Source of the DNA: Zygnema circumcarinatum SAG 698-1b
Taxonomy: Eukaryota > Plantae > Zygnematophyceae
Direction: 5' to 3'
Length of the DNA stretch: 64,000 nucleotides
NCBI GenBank assembly: GCA_037447605.1
Contig: CM074812.1
Span: forward strand, 1,736,001-1,800,000
In this document: positions 61,931 to 64,000 of the stretch, piece after piece
Position numbering within the stretch: position 1 is the stretch's first letter
Layout of the letters: every line of letters starts with the position of its first letter
The notes under the pieces: model-generated
What the model was told of the DNA's origin: nothing
What the model saw: only the letters and a program-made list of their open reading frames with translations
The model's database searches: none
Translations under genes and position numbers: made by a program

Positions 61931-62236
61931 GTTATAGCTCAACTGTTTCCACAATTTCCAAATCAGTGAGTCAGTGTGAGACAATAGAGAAGGAGGTCCC
62001 TGAGATGTATACAATCCTTCCGTCGTATATACAGTGATGTTTGTAATATGTCTGTACATGGAGCCTGCTTTCATTGGTCTAACGAAACCTTCACACTTCC
62101 AGCCTCTCCACTGCCAAACGGTTTACTCATTAGGCTGCTGGTTATCTTAATTGGGACTGAGACAAGGACATCCAATGCAAATGCTTGACATTGGTTCAGC
62201 AGCAAGAATGTCGACCTTCCCACAGCAGCCGGCTGG

Positions 62237-63901
62237 TCAGAAGGTTGAACCCTCCGAAGGCTGCGGAAGGCGCCGGTTTTCCCCAGACATCATCTGGCTA
62301 CGAAGCTCATCCAGCACATTTTCCATGGTTTTTTCTTGTGTCCAATTTGAAAGCATCGGCACCTTCCGCGGGTCCACATCTCCAGTCCGCTGATCCACGC
62401 ATTTCATATTCACTCGCGAAACAAACCTGTGCACACGCAAAGCAAAGAAAACATGAATGTCCTGAAGACTTTTCTCAATCGTTCTCCCTTTCTGTCACTG
62501 CTTGGTAAACTAGTGGAGTAACCTTTCTGACCAAGACTGACGGCAAAATAGCATAGAAATGTTTTCCCCTAATTCCAGCTCACATTTTCACATGTTCCAG
62601 AGTCTCGTGTTCATGACAGCCTATCGCACCATTCTCCCTCTGTTCGCTTCGTGCTCTCAGCAGAGGCGCATGAGGAAATAGCAACTGCTAAAACTAACAA
62701 CTAGCTCTGCTAGAATTAAAGCCAATGACATCCTTTGCCTTGAATAAACATGCTGGGACGAATAAATGTTGATGTCTATGCTCACTTGATGCGAGGTGGG
62801 TGCCGCGGATAGTCCATGTCACATATCATTCGTAACTCGTATATCCTTCCTGCGTGTGTGGTTCCGTCGGGCCCTGACCGTGCAAGAGATTGCAGATAAA
62901 GAAATCAGGCGTAAAACAAAGCAATCATCTTCTCCTGCAAAACTTAAGTGCACTACACCATAATTTGCTGAACCTTTGGAGCAGATGACTCAATCCTCGT
63001 TCAACAGTTAAAGCCAAAAGAGCAAAAGCAGTGCACGTGCTTCACTATCCCCTGCAATCAAACTCTAATTATTGTACTTCATAAAGCAACTCGGTTATGT
63101 AACTTCCGGAAAAAACATGTGCAATATACGGGGCATGGCCGCTCACCTATGATCGTGCCACGCCATGAACGCATAGCAATGTCATCGCCATCATCCAGAA
63201 GGCCATAACTCACTCTTCCATCTCCAAGGCCCTTCAGGAATTGACAAGAAATTATGCCTTTCAGTTAGGTTCTACCAGAAGAATTTTTCCTTCTAAACGC
63301 TGGACTCCTGAAGAAACTTTACAAATAAGTAAAAGGATTCTATTCACCTACTGTAACTATATACAGAACCAATCGTGAGAAGAAGATGCTACGTAAGAAA
63401 CCTGACTCATCTTCGGAAGTGAAAATCGAGAACTCCCATGCGAAAAGGGCACTTATCAAATTCACGTATATCCAAGTTTACTCTTAAACGTGCTTGTACC
63501 AACCAACCTGCAAACCTGTAAATGCTTTGCTCAACGATTACTGAAAACCTTCTATACTCATTGCAAACTTCAAGTCAGCGATTATGGAAAAACGGTATGG
63601 AAGACTGGGAGGTACACACACAACGGGTGTCCCGTTTAGGGCAAAAACGCACGGCTGAACAACCGCAGGACAGCCTTAGACCTCATTGACCTTTTGCAGG
63701 CAATCAAGGTCGAGAAAGCTGCTCATATTATCTTGAAGAAATCAAGGCGAGCATGTGAAGTAAAACATAACTGCAACGCCCGTTCTACCTTGCTGAAGCG
63801 CAGAGTACATCAAAGAGGCAAAGAAGTACCTTCTCACCCCTTTCTAGCTCATGCAGCAGACGGAAACTCCGCGGCATCACCGCACCCGCTGTAAACGCCA
63901 T
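62237..63901 (-). CDS. UEV1: Ubiquitin-conjugating enzyme E2 variant UEV1/MMS2
   Basis: [24 protein letters not shown]|[28 protein letters not shown]|[24 protein letters not shown]|[23 protein letters not shown]. Confidence 0.95.
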
Positions 63902-64000
63902 AAGGCGAGCACGACTGCTGCCCTGGACACCCTGGGTCCCTGCTCCCCGCGCCCTGCAAGCGTAACTTCCCCCGAAGAGATGCGAAATATGCTTCAAATT

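Overview
Eukaryotic nuclear DNA from a streptophyte green plant. The intron-rich genes have Arabidopsis-type homologues. Short introns, very long GA/CT microsatellites and a bacterial-type NagZ point to a streptophyte alga, which is inference only. About 12 spliced protein genes: EMB1270-like PPR (5'-truncated), CYP86-clan P450, RH33/RH48-like DEAD-box helicase, XBAT33-like ankyrin-RING ligase, ORG4-like protein, MAM33 glycoprotein, an unrecognised membrane/coiled-coil protein, PP4R3/PSY2, At5g02860-like PPR, BUD13, GH3 NagZ-type hexosaminidase and UEV1/MMS2. Also one tRNA-Leu(UAG), one MITE-like element and many simple repeats. Several 10-N assembly gaps lie in repeats. No CRISPR array or autonomous mobile element was seen. 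Most notable: a NagZ-type gene whose catalytic domain sits almost wholly in one exon; an unannotated 17-18.6 kb locus with 29 GTAC cores and a ~27-codon NuoD/Nad7-like relic; introns with tandemly duplicated splice sites; and a tRNA gene ending 93 nt upstream of the helicase ATG. Homology calls come from recalled family motifs, not database searches. Exon boundaries were read by eye.
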